Source: Ascidiella aspersa
Taxonomy: Eukaryota
NCBI GenBank assembly: GCA_963924565.1
Contig: OZ004609.1
Location: 24,056,001-24,120,000 of the forward strand
DNA: 64,000 nt
Reading direction: 5' to 3'
Shown here: positions 37,029-50,842 of the stretch, piece after piece
Layout: the number at the start of each line of letters is the position of its first letter
Position numbering within the stretch: position 1 is the first letter of the stretch
Program-made: the position numbers and the translations under genes
Notes under the pieces: model-generated
What the model was told of the DNA's origin: nothing
Seen by the model: the letters and a program-made list of their open reading frames with translations, nothing else
The model's database searches: none

Positions 37029-40000
37029 ATGGCAGACAACGCAAGGTTTGGCACTAATTATGTATTTTGTCAATGGCTTTCAGATTTGTTATGTTTATAC
37101 GCTGTTTTGTGTTTCTTAGACTTTAACTATTTTTTACACAACGTTCAAAGAGTTGTTAAAATTGTTTGTTTTTCAGGGGATCTGATGATGAAGATCAGCC
37201 CCGTCTGCCAGGGTTTGCAAATGCAGTTTCGAAAGTTACTGTGAAAGCATTACAAGAGGTTTTTATAAATTTTAAATTATTTGCTTTGGAATAACACATT
37301 ACAATGTTTGCCTCTGGTAGAATCCTACCACAACGCACATTATTTGGGTTAGGGTGCGGGTATCGTTTGGGTTAGAGTGGGTTATGCAATAGTATTAAAT
37401 AATGAATATAATAATACTTGACCCACGTCACCCACCCACACCCAAACCCTAACTCACACCCTAAACCAATATATTGTTTGTTGATTTAATAACTGCCATG
37501 GTAGGATTGGCTAGCTTAGGTTGCTTTGAGTAATGTGTAAAAATTTCTAATCGATATCTTGTTTACTTCCGGAGATATTACGCAAATAGTTTCGAGCTGC
37601 TTACTTCCCTTTGGTGATTCTAGACCAGCACCCAATTTTTAAACTCAGCTATTTGCCCGATTTGCCTTGAACCTGAACTTTTAAATTTGCAATATTGTTT
37701 GGTGTACTGCAAAACAGTTTACAATTTATTGCTATAGCTGAAGAAAGTATTAAGAAAACTAAAGTTTAATATATGATATACGTCAGGATTACTGTCCAGG
37801 GCTTTAGTAGTAAATTGTGTGCTAATATTGCAAAACCGTTGATAGTATTGTTAATTTTAAAGTTTATCAAAAATGCCAGTGACACATAAACACAATTGTT
37901 AATCAGTTTTTTTTTCTACATAAAAGTTTATTTTATATTTATCACTTCATATATTTTCATCCAGCGTTCACAGAATTCTTGAAAAAATGTTTGTAATGTT
38001 AAATTTTATTCCTGTTTTTCTCCTGAATTTCCAACACTTCATTTATACATAAATCTAAGTTACATGAATTCATTTGTCATGTAAATTTTATTGTGTGAAG
38101 TTAAAGTATAATATACAACTTGACAAAAACATATTATCATTTGTACAATTTTATAGTAAACTCTTTACTTAAAACACCTAATTATTAGTACATATTTTTA
38201 AATTCATAATTTATGGTCCTGTTTGCTTTGAAACTTTACTGAATCTTTACATATATGTCCTAAACAAAACTTTTTATATACAGTTCAATATTATTTCATT
38301 TATTTTCTATTAGTTTTGAAATATAATATTCCTTTCCACTGTTATGTTAGGATTGTGTTCTTGATTACAAAACTCATTCTGCAAAATTTTAAACCCTGAT
38401 TAATGTGTTAATTTTGGTATGAAAGGTTTTTCTCAAAATTTCCGAATGGATATTTTCCTCTGGTTTTGAACTGTAGTGTGTTATGGATGAATTGCTGTAC
38501 TAGTCAAAATATTAACTTATATTTAGTTTACAATGGATGATGAACAATCTGTTGATGCATCTTTGATGCAAGGTCCTCCTCCAACCACTTCGGAAAGTGA
38601 GGATGATGTCAGAAGAAGTCGCCCCAGCAGTGCAACACAAGGTAAGAAATGTTTTTTATTGGAATAAGTATGGAACCTATTCTGTTGTGGAATTGTTACT
38701 TTGTGTACCTAACTGCAGATAAAAACACCATACACTTTTAGGTAAAATAACTTTTTATCTCTCAGTAATTGCCAAATTAGGTGTTTACTGTTTAATGCAT
38801 TTGTAAAAAGGCCTTTTTAAGCTTAGGTTTAAAAAGTTATGTTATTACAAAATGTGTACAAGCTCACCAAATATTACTTTTTTAAACTTAAAATTGAACA
38901 ATTTTTTTTCATTTCGTTACAGTGATTTTAAAAGTCACGCTAATAATAGTGAACTTTCTAAATGCAAATTCATTTTTTATTGACTAATCTTTTTCACTTT
39001 ATTTTTAATAGTTTTTCTCTATGCTTATGCAAGAATATATTTATTTTCTGTGTAAAAAGGTGAAACAAGCCAGCTGCTTAGGAACTTGGGTGAAGGACTT
39101 GGACATATTGATACTGAAACTGATGAAGAAGAGGAAGATGGGGACAGGGTGAGAAGTCGTTATTCACCTTTCCCATTGTTGAATTTAGCATAACATTTGC
39201 TATCAATAAATATAAACACAAATTATGTCATTCTAAATATCTGTAACAATTCAAATGACTTAAACGGTCAACAGTTTGCAAATCTTAACATGCCTAATAT
39301 TGATGTTAAGACTGTTTATAAAAACAGGTATACATAAAACATTTCTTAAAATTTTACAGAAATATATATTTAGCCTTATGAATAGGCATCGTCAGTTTCT
39401 GTACATAAAGCAAACATGTATAAAATGCCAACAATAGTAGTTAAAATGTAAAATATAAATATATATAAATATAAGATCGCATACAAAATTATACAACACC
39501 TGCAGAGGTCAGAGGCAAACACAACAACTTAATGGCAACAAGCGGCAACATGAAATTAAAAAAAATTAATTTATGTTTTATACCTGTTTTTATAACAAGA
39601 GCAAGAATCTTTCTTTTACATTATACTGTCTGCAATAAATTCCTTACTTACGAAAGTGTTTTATGCCTAAGTGATAAGTTTATTATCCAGGATGTAGACT
39701 CTGAATCGGATCCGGAGGATGAAGTCCAGTCGGATCTTGTTGTCCTTGATCCTGACCATCCGCTGATGACAAGGTTCCAGGCCGCACTTAAGGGCCATCT
39801 CACCAAACAACTGGAGAAAGCAAGACTTGAGTACAAAGAACTGGTAAACCTGCATTACTTGTCATTATGACACACTGTTTGTGAAAGAGTATTTTTTAAC
39901 TGTCTTGCTTTTTCTGATAGACTATGCCTTTCTGTTAATGTACAATAAGTGCTGTCACATATCTACCAACATGGAAGTAAGGGGGTGGTATACTTCACTT

Positions 40001-43000
40001 TTAGCAAGCTGAACTACTTTAATTGTGACAAAAGTATGTTGGTATTAGAACTAGCTTAAACAGCCCGACATGAGAATAATTTATCACTCTACAGATACAA
40101 TAGACTTGGATAACTAAAATAAATTTAAAACGCATTTCCAAAGAAATTAAAGTTACCATTCAGTCAACCTTTCAATCTGGAAAATGTTCAAAAAAATGTT
40201 TCACGTAATGCTAAAAAAACTCAAAGCAGTAATTTATATGTAGCGCAGTAATTTCCATGTGTTGTTCTTTAATTCTTATCTTAATATACACGTTTATTAA
40301 CACTTAAACTTAGAGCAAACTTTCAATCACTTATTCCGTATTTTAGGTTGATGAGGGCGCGGCTCTCTGTAAAAAAACAGGTTTCAGGCCTGATCCTGCA
40401 CCTAAAAAAATCCCTCGCCAATAATTAGAAGATTTGAGCGGGCTTTACAGTACCTGCACATTTTAGTAACTGTTATCCGACGCTGCAGGTGGACGACCAA
40501 AAGCGCAAGAAGACGACCCGCGAGGACCTTGGCGTTACGTTGTACGGCGTGCAGACCGAGCTGGCGCGGCAGCAGTCCAATCTTGAGCAGCTTCATGACA
40601 AGCACGCCGCCTCGGCCGAGAAGCGGCGCAACCGCGAAGAGAGCCTGTCCAAGATGCGTGACGTATACAAGCAGGTGCAGAGCCTCGCCACCAAGGAGCG
40701 CCGAAAGAGTAAGTGACGTTGGTTCTTTTCAGGATTCCACACAAGTTTACGTGATTTCGGTGACATCATAAACCCCTTATGGTGTATTTAGAACTGTGAT
40801 TGACAAACTGAGTGTTGCACGGAACATCAGTGTGTCTCATCAGTGTTTTTAAGCGTGCCCCAGAACTTTCATCTAATTATGGAAAGTAACCCATTTGTGT
40901 TACAAATCGGCTACCGGCAAGCACGACTTTAGAGAACAATATGCATTAACATCGTAAATCGCTTCCACATAAGGTAGTGAAACACAACCCAGTGAAAGGT
41001 CTTAGTTTTGAACAAATAATGTCTCCATCACATCATATAAGGTTTTTAGAGATATCATTCGCCTTTCTAAAATAAAAACGCGATGTGCAGCTTTAAGGAG
41101 TGAGTTCTGCGCATTTTGTAACTGAACGTTGTCTGGCACTTGGACTAAATAAGTATTTAGATGTAATTGTTTAATCCAACCGAATTGCTTGTCAAGTTGA
41201 ACCTTCTCGCCATGATAAAACCAATGTATTTTTTGCGAACTGAAAGTTAAACATGACACTAAAAGCTTTGTGCCTTCACGAAAACTCGACAATGTCGTCA
41301 CTCCCTGAAAAGCGGTTGAAATTTTCTGTCAACAGACGCCGAGCTGCAGACGGAGGTGGAGAACCTCTCCACGCGTCTCTTCTACATGCAGAGCGCCAAG
41401 GAGGACATTCGCTCCGACATCGCCGTCATGAAGCGCGCTGCTGAGAAGGCCGAGGTCGAGGTCGGCCAAGCGGAGAGGGACAAGAAGCACCAGGTGCGCT
41501 TTTTTGGTTAAAAAAAAGATACCCTGGGCACTTTTTTTGCAATATACGAAAGCTGATACGCCGCCTCCGCGCCCGCGTCGAATAGTTATGATTACTCTGC
41601 GTTCCAATTTGGATTGAACTTAAAGCGGCTTTAACAGCTATCCAGATATTGCCTTGTGGGCGGCTTGAGCTGTACATATATATTTTTGCTTTTTTTAAAT
41701 AAAATAAACAATAGTGAGACAGTTGTTCACCCGAATCCCTCACCGATGTGAATTTAGTAGGGTATTTGAAGTACATTTTAATTTGGCACCTCCAAGTAAC
41801 TTGTCCTAATGTTATGTAGTCAGGGGCCGTCAAACGAAAAAAAAATGTAATTGAAATTCTAACAATTATAAAAATACAGAGCAATATGTTGGTAAATATG
41901 GTAAATATGCAGGATAAAAAAATATATAAAAAAGGAAACATACTTCTTCGGACGTTTCCACAAGCTTTTTAACCGCCGTTTGCCTTTTTGTTCACAGAAG
42001 CAATACTTTACCGCGTGACAAAATGCGAAAGGGGAAAGTATTAGAAAATTACAAAAGCAAAGAAAACAATATATTCTTAAAACAGATAGAAAGACAATGT
42101 ATCACAACCGTTTGATTTACTTTGTTGGCAGGATCTTCATGTGGCGCGGCTCACGGAACGAGTGGACAACTTGCGTGAGACGATTGCGATGTACGAAGCC
42201 CAGCAATCCGCACAGTCCGAGGAGACCATATCGGCCAAGGAGGCGCTTAGCGAGGCCAAGGACGAAATCGAGGTGCGTTTGTCCTTTGTAATCCAATCCT
42301 TTTTTGTTTGCTGATGTTAAAACTAAATAAAGATTTATTCTAATGTTTAAAATGCTGTCTACCTCTGTATGAGCTTTAAAATTATTACTACGTCTTACTA
42401 CAACCTCCAACCATTACGCTCGAAACTTTATTGTATTGTTTAATGTTAAACGCCTATTTTTAATATGTGTTAAATTGGTAAAGATTAGGTAATTTGCTTT
42501 TAATGCAACTGTACTGCTTTATCATATAACAAAAGAGTTTTAGCAAAATGCGAGTATTTCGTTTCTCAAACAACATTGCAAAAGCAAAAATACAGGATAA
42601 AAAAGTATTACAAATCGTGATTATACGATGTTCAATCCCTTATTTTGCAGGCAATAGAGTTGGAGAAGAAGCAGTTGTACCAACAGTGGAACTCCAGTTT
42701 GATCGGCATGAAGCGTCGCGACGAGGCACACGCCGCAATGCAAGAAGCTCTCAGGTCGGTAACACAGGGTACGCGATTGACGCGCTCTCATAGCTAGAAC
42801 CCGGTAATTTCTTGGTGTTTTACGTAATATTGCAAAGTCCGAGGTCATTACAATTTATAACACTTAATTTTCTTCGTCAATCTTAATACTGTGGTCATCC
42901 GAATATACAATACTCATGGAGTTGTGTGTGTATCTGCCAAAAGTCTAACCGAAAATGGATGATTCCACAGGAAAAAGCAATGGTCATACGGATGTTATGA

Positions 43001-46000
43001 CCCTTCTCTAAATCACCTTGAAGGGGCCGTTTCGGCATTTTAAAGTGTTGTCCGCTCATGTAATGTTTGGCGATGTACCAGCCATTGCTTCATAGTATAG
43101 TGTGATGTTGCAATCGAGTTATATTGACAACTTTAAGTATAAAAACAAATGTTGTGCTTTATCCTGGGCAAGGCTTTGCCAGTTTTATAAAAGGTTGAAC
43201 ATAACTAAAAAAAACCCAGATATTATTCTCTGACCCGGAAGGTCTTAACTACTTAGTCAGTGTACAACACGCAAAATATAAGCTACTTTATATTGTGCTT
43301 TTAGGGGGGACAAGACTTGGCCCCCCTCCTAGACAAGATTTGGCCCCCTTTGCCAGTTTCATAAACGCCAGTTTACAACATACAAAATAAAAGCTACCTC
43401 GGTCGTTGTCCACAGCCTGGCGAGTCAGCAGGTGAAGTCGCTTGAGACCGAGATCGGAGGCTACAAGAAGTCGATCCAGAAGGAAGAGGAACGAAACGAG
43501 ACGCTCACCATGGTGATGAACAAGACCGACATGGACATCGGCCTCACCAAGAAGCAGATCAAGCAGAACCTGGTCAAGCAGGACGCGCTAAAACAGCAGT
43601 ACGGCACTTACAGCAGGACGCTGCACGAGACCGAGCAAATGCTGAACAAAGTCACCACCGTGAGTCCTGCTTCACTTCCATGAGCTCTGTTTAACGATGA
43701 ATCGCTTGTAGTCGAATCCAAATAGTCGAAGAGTTGTTAATATATAACCTGCCACCTTAATTTATGCCATGAGCTTACAATTGAAAATTTAATCCTTTTA
43801 AAATAGTGAAGAGGCACTGAATTTTGCTGCAGTGGCCAACTAGGTTGCGAACCTAGACGAGGGCAAACGAGGAAAAATTGCAAATAGAAAAAAAGTTAAC
43901 CAAATTTCGTGATACCAACATTTAAAATGTACATCTGAATAGACACGGAGCTGTTCCTAGAAGTAATCAAGTAAAACTTAAAGTTTGTAAACCCGAGTAA
44001 ACGCAAGATCAGGCGTTTGTATCAATGAGTATATATTTTGCCTGAGTGATATCATCCGCCCCATGAAGTCATCGAGTAAATTCGCTTTTCTTCTCCAGGA
44101 GCGCTCGATGAAGCTAAACGAGATCAACGCGCTGCGAAAACAAATCGAGCGCGAGTACGTTGAGAAGGTGGCACTGGAAGATGAAATCCTCAAGGACCTG
44201 CAGCAGCAGCTCACCGCCGACAAGGCGCAAGTCTACACTGTCCGAATGACCGAGAAGCTGCGCGAGACCAAGAAAAAGCTGGTGAGTGCGATGTATCCGT
44301 GTCTTCTTTTTCAAAGTTTGGGCGCGATTGCGCGTTAACGCTGCTTCGTGGAACGTTTTTTGTGCTGTGTTTTGTGTTTCCTACAACAGACGCGCTAGTG
44401 CTTGAACGATGTATTTTCATGATCTCAGATGCGATTTAAAGCTACCTGGAAGCGCTTACACGGGGTTGTGCTTTAAATGATTTGTTTTAATAGTTTATTT
44501 TTGTTTGCTGCACATATTTAAAATTGAAAAACGTGCTGATGGGTATTAGGTTTAGCAATGGAAGCGTATCAAAATGTAATTGTCAAAGAAAAAAAACGTT
44601 TTGTTTTAAATGTTTAACGTTTGATTTGGACATTTCGATTAAAAAACAATTTTAAAGGTATTTCTTTATAGTGCTGTAATGAGTTATATATATTCAAAGC
44701 ATGTCGAGTGATCCTATATTGGGTCTTTAAAAACATAGAATTCAAATCTTTGAATGTTATAATATTTTTCATAAAAAATTGTGACAACCCTTAATTTTTT
44801 AAATACGCGTGTTTAGTATAACAAAAAACCCACAAACTAAAATTTAACACCTCCAAGCCAGTTTCCGTCGCTCGCATAACTTCCCGCCCTTCTAATCTTC
44901 CTAATGTTTCCGCAGGAGGCTGACTTCTCGCTGGTCGAAAACGAGATGGCGCGATGCTCGCTCCAGCACTCCGAGTGCTCGGCGCGCATCCGCCAGTTGG
45001 CGCGCCAGCGTGAGGAGCTGGAGCAGGAAATTCGCTCCAAGAACGAGCTGATCACTCGCGCCGAGCAGGAATCGATGAAGCGGAACGCGGTGATCGAGCG
45101 CAAGCAGACGACCATCGACCAGTACAACAAGCGACTTGACCAGCTCGTCTCATCCAGCGGGGTAATTTTGAGCTTTTGATAGAGTTTTTGCGACGATTTT
45201 TTCAACTTAGGAATTCCGTTCTTTTTCGTCTATTGTTAATGAATTATGACGTCATAAACTAGTGACAGGTAATACGTCATAAAATAGTGATTTGTAATGG
45301 AGTCATAAAAAATAATCAGACACAGCCAATTAACGCAAAGCGAACACGTGCGTCGAAACCGCTTGGTGTGCGATCGTTAAATTCAGGCGAAAAACTAAAC
45401 CATAGACGGTGAAGTATGTGTGATTGATTTTAGTAAAATCGTGTTTAGAAATCATGTTTCACACAAATAGAAAAGTAAATAACGTTCCGGATTTGGGGAA
45501 GGATCAGCCTTGAACAAGTGGTTATACAAAGAGACCGACCCTTTCTATTTTAGCAATATATAAGTTTGATTTAGCGAAGAAAAACAAAACATTCATAAAA
45601 TAAAGTTCTTCAGGAAAACCGCTGATCGAGTCAATGTCGCGTAAAATCTTTGTTATTTGTATTCGTTAAAAACAAATGACTTGTAAGCCGATTTTACTCT
45701 TAGCATGGTCTGGCCTAGTAAAAAATAACATTCGATCCCAAGTCGCCCCAACTCTTTCTTTTCTTTTGGGCTCGCAGGGAGAAGAGATAGGGCCGCTGGA
45801 GATCCAGATCAACTCGCTGAACAAGCAGATTGAAGGCGCGCTACACGGCGTCACTGAACTACAGCAATTCTGGCTCCGGCAGCAGCACGAGCTCGTTCTG
45901 CTCAGCAAGGCCCGGGACCAGCAGAACGACGACCTCGAGACGCTCAAGAAGCAACGCACTATCCTCACTCAGAAGAAGCTTAGGATCGAAGGTAACGCCC

Positions 46001-49000
46001 TTGTAATAATCTTGTTTTGGTTAATCCTGTTTCGTTTTGTTTTGTGATTTTATTCGCTCTTGCCGATTCTTCCTTAGTGGTATTTGGGTCATTGTTTTGG
46101 GGATCAAAGGGGGTAATTTGACAGTTTAGAGGTGATGTTTAAACATTGGATAGCAAAAAAGTAGTATCGGCCTTTCCTATAAATATTCATATAAATGCAA
46201 ATATATGTAAGCCATTTTAGCGAGTTTATCCATTACCTAATTGACTTTCTTTAATTTTTGATAATGAAAAGGTGTTCAAACAAACTTGTTAGTATGAAGG
46301 TCGCCATGAATTAATAAAAAACTATTTGTATTTTGTAGAACATAAATCTAAATAAAGATGTGCTGCATTTTCTAAAAATATTAACCCGTTTAAAGAAACT
46401 GATTGCGCATTGAAACAATGCTAATAATTGTATGGGCTTCGGTCGAACTTTTTTTTTTGCAAAAGCTTCCAATTATTCAACTTGCAACTTCACGATTTCA
46501 AGCGTGTTGTCCCGAACTTTTCGTCCTAATGTTAAAGCGGCTTCTCGTTCCTTCAGGCGACATCGAGCAAGAGGTTCAGGAGCAGAACGACATCAACCGC
46601 TCGGTGCGCAACATGCAGAACGCAATGATCAAACTCAACACGCTACTCAACAAGGAAAAGGGTGTACAGGAAAACCTCGAGCAGGGAAACGTGCTTACCG
46701 AGAACGAGTTCATGCTCGAACTGCGGGTGAGTTGCTCGCTCTTTTGGTTAATGCGTATAAATTTTATCCTGACGATCGTTTGTGGCAATCTTACGCACGC
46801 CACGGATTCTTTCGATTTTTTTAATGAGGTTTGAACCTTCCCATTTTTTTTACGTTTTCGTGCGCTGGTTTAGTGGAATTTGCGTTATACTGGATGTTTC
46901 GGAATATTTGGATAGTAACCTATTCACATCTTTATATCTCTTTTAGTTTGACCTCACTGAACTATTGCTTACGAGGTCTATCGCGTATGCTTTGCTATAT
47001 ATCGCAATCAGTAATTCTTTGGTATATCTGTAGTTTAACCTTTAAAAACGTATATTAAGTTTAAACATGAAATAACAATTAGATTAAATCTAATAAAATC
47101 TTACATGGCCGTGTGTTGTCAGCTTACGAAATGCATAACTTCTTACAGGAAGCGGAACTCGAATCGATCCAGATGCAAGCCAAACTCGATTCGCTGAGAG
47201 AAGAAAAGGAAAATTTACTCAACAATCTTATTGAGGCTGAGTACGTACACTGAGGAGTGACAGAATGAAACACAAATAATAAATATGATTCGAGGCGGGG
47301 TATTGTAGTTACCATAAAAAATGGTTGGACCAGAGCTTTGGGATATCCAGCGAGTGATAAATAATAAGTATTCGAGCTTTAAGATAAAAAAATAATCGAA
47401 TGGGGCGGTCTTGTACGCTTTGTCCACACAAATTTGGACAAACAAGTAAAACTGAAAAATTAACAAAAAAATTAACAAAGTTTAAGATTAGACGTTTATT
47501 AGAAAGAATATATTATACCCCAAGCAGCCTTTTTGGTTCGAATAACAGATAAATACATACAGTGTAAAGCTATCATTTTCATAGAAATAATAAACTGAAA
47601 TAAAACTTATATACTTTAGTTGAAATCTGACCTTGCACTTTAAAATCAAGTTTTAAGGTCCGTCTTATACCCGTTTAACTATAGATTCAAGCAAAACCAC
47701 AAAGGTTGTAAAAGAGATCCAAAGCGTTTAACTATAGCGTTGAACTCACACAACTTTTTCACAGACGTCAGATAATGCTTTGGGAAAAGAAAACGCAGCT
47801 GGCAAAGGAGACGAGAGCCGCTGTGGACTCTGAGGTCGGCCAGGGAGAAATGCGAGCCATGAAGGCGGAAATACACAGGATGCAGGTATCCCGTTTACTC
47901 TTTTTTTCTCGGAAATGCGCGAGCGGACCTTTTTATATTAAACCTACATTGCTGTTTTTGTTTTATGCTGGAAAACAAAATACTAATTGTTAGTAAATCG
48001 TAAAAACAATACATTTTGAATTAACGCAGATGCATAAAAGATGTCAATATAAACTAGCGTAAATTTATTATTTTTATATTTCACTAACTGGCTAAGTTGC
48101 GCTGTAAGGACAAAGCTTAAGGTGAATAGAAGGCAAATACAGTTTTCTTTATCTTAAAACAAATGTTGCGACTTGCGATGTCTTTGGCAGGTGCGCTACG
48201 CTCAGCTCATGAAGCAGCAGGACGTGATGATCCGTGAGATGGAACAGGTCGTATCACGGCGTGAGACGATCGTGACGCGCGGAACGGCCCAGTCGAAGCT
48301 GGATCGCAAAACCCCAACCAAGGGAGCGTTCCAAAAAAAGCTACAGGACCTTAAGAAGAATATTAAGCACACGCAAAAGGTAATGTGTATTTTAGATGAC
48401 TTGTCAGTTATTTGTTTCTTAATTAATAAACTAGAAAAGTTACTCGACTTCGCCTTTGAGGTAATATAGCTTTCGGGACAAATGTAGATCTTTGTTTCTG
48501 ACAAGCTTAAAGTAATAAGCAGGTTAAAAACGATTCAAAATTCTTACTTTTAAGAAGTAATCTTTAAAATTTACGTTTGTTAAACATTGTGTTAAATCTC
48601 ACTGTTAGTATTTCGGTGAGGGTAGACTATGTTTTTTTTTTTTTGGTAAACTGTACAAACAAATTCAGCTGGCTTTTGAAAAAACTAATCCACACTTTTT
48701 ATTATTTTTACGCTTAAACAACAAAATAGAAAGAATACAAAATAGCTCCTATTAAAAAGGTTGCGAGGTTTCCAGAATTTAGAGCACAGATATACTCGGA
48801 ATGTTTTATCGACTTGATCATAAAAATAAACATAGAAAGCGTCGGTAATGTCTTTGCATACTTACCACGGTAACACGAACCACGCACATAACAGTAAGCA
48901 ATTTAACATATCATGGTCAACACTTCAAACATTGATAACCCGTTAAATCATTATTCACCGTTGCGCGTCACAGATGGCTGCCGACTGTGACGACGACATA

Positions 49001-50842
49001 CGTCAACTGCGCGAAAACCAATCAGACATCAGCCGCAACCTTGAAGAGAAGCAAATTGCTGTTCAGCAACTTCAGGGCACCGTCGACACGCTAGAGGGAG
49101 ACGTCGAGGCCTGGGACGAAGTCAAGCAAAGAGTAAGTTAATATAGGACGCGGGCGGTGCTGATAGTTTTATAGAGCACAAAACATTTTTCGAAATGATT
49201 TAAAATGATGTTTTTGCTATCGTATCTTATCTATACTGTGTTTATTTAGCCTTTTTTTGTATATTTTTAATTTATTTGGGTACGATGTGAAGGGTTAACT
49301 TAATTTTTTTGCAAAAATAATCACCCATTTGGCAAAAGCTGGAATTATTTTTCCTGTGCCAAGAGCCCATATGACGTAATTTATAAATGACTCTCATAGC
49401 TAACCCAATGTGTAGATGTTTGTGTACACTGTGCTAAGCCCACCGCTCCAATTTAATCGCCAAACATTACCGATATTCAGATAAGGAGGTAAATGAACAC
49501 CTTTCCCGGTCACCTAAATGACAACGGTTTCTTTATTTGTTAGGCATTGATTATATGGGTTTAGGATTTGTATTTGTTAAGGCCAGTTCCATTGTGGTGC
49601 CTCTTTGTTTGTTCCCTGTTGCCTATGTTTATTTTGCCGTAATGCTAGCGTACGCTAGTTTTGTGTTTTTAACGAAGAGAGTTGCTCTTTTGTCCGACAT
49701 GTTTTTAACCGTTTCTGTTGCTTGTGTGCCAGAATTTAAACGAGCTCGTCGCGAAACAAACGAAGGTGAAGCATCTGCAATCGCTGAAGGCCGGCAAATA
49801 CACGCCTCTGTGCAAGAGCGAGGAAGCCATTAACGCCGAGGTGATTGATACAGTGGTCCGATAGAGTGATGAATTAGGATAGATACAATGCGTACACACC
49901 AGACGACAGCTTTTTTGTTTGGGTGTCGCTCTTCTGATATTGGTCCGCTCAAATCCCGTTGGAACGAAATAAAAACTATTTTTTTTCTTCTCCAACGCGT
50001 ACTTTGCTTGTTATTTAGAATGTATTAAAAAACAAACACACTAAAATGTCTGCAGCAGTACCTATACCCCGGACCTATTTTTACGTTTTGTGATTGTGAA
50101 ACCAGTCTGGTAGAATTTAGCTGCATTTTCCAACCACTGGTTATTCTTTTATTACGTTAGTTAGTGATTTACTACTACATGCCTCACTTAGCTTTAAACC
50201 ACATGCTATTGAGGTTTAATGCTGTGGTGCACTCAATTCTTTGTCGAAAATAATGAAGATTGTTCTACTTAATCGTGCTATTTTTGCTAAAAATAAGAAA
50301 AATGGCTCTATTATTTAGGTGCAAGTTATTTGTGTAAAAGTGAGCAACACTAATGTTTTTAAAGTTAAAGTTTTGACACATTCCTACATTATTTCTTACA
50401 CTTTAGTTCTGGCTGCCGAACATACCATAAAATAGATTCTTTCAATGTTGATTTTTAAAACTGTTTGCTTTTCAGCGAACGTTGAAGCGTAATTCAATTT
50501 AAGTGACAGACGAAACCAGCCTGCTAAAATATCGCTTCCCCTTCCCTGTAATAAAAGCTTTTTTCGCGATATAATAATATTGACCGACACCAAGTGCCTA
50601 TAGTTTTTATTGGCGGCGACAAGTTATAATATTTTACTTATTGATTTTTAGTTTTCTTTTCAAAACCTGTTTTTGACCGTTTTATGTATGTTTCATGTGG
50701 ATTCCAGATGCAAAAACAAGAAGACCGATTGCATCACATGATCAACATCCTGGACAGAGTCAGCCAGGAATATCCTCACGCGCAGCACGCCATACGCAGG
50801 GTCGCTTCTATCCACGGGCCGCAGGATGATTTGGCCAGCTAG
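37029..50842 (+). CDS. CCDC40: Coiled-coil domain-containing protein 40 (axonemal 96-nm ruler subunit), ~20 exons
   Basis: Acidic N-terminus followed by [28 protein letters not shown] (39738-39820), [94 protein letters not shown]. Stop TAG at 50840-50842 and AATAAA at ~51546. Confidence 0.95.
37304..37631. mobile_element. MITE family with internal telomere-like repeats, copy 2 (CCDC40 intron 2)
   Basis: tagaatcctacca ... gggttagggtgcggg ... acccaaaccctaac ... tggtgattctagaccagcac. Confidence 0.75.

Noticed and set aside
40402-48504. Many 60-170-aa antisense ORFs over the CCDC40 exons
   Set aside because: Shadow ORFs caused by GC3-rich coding sequence on the opposite strand.
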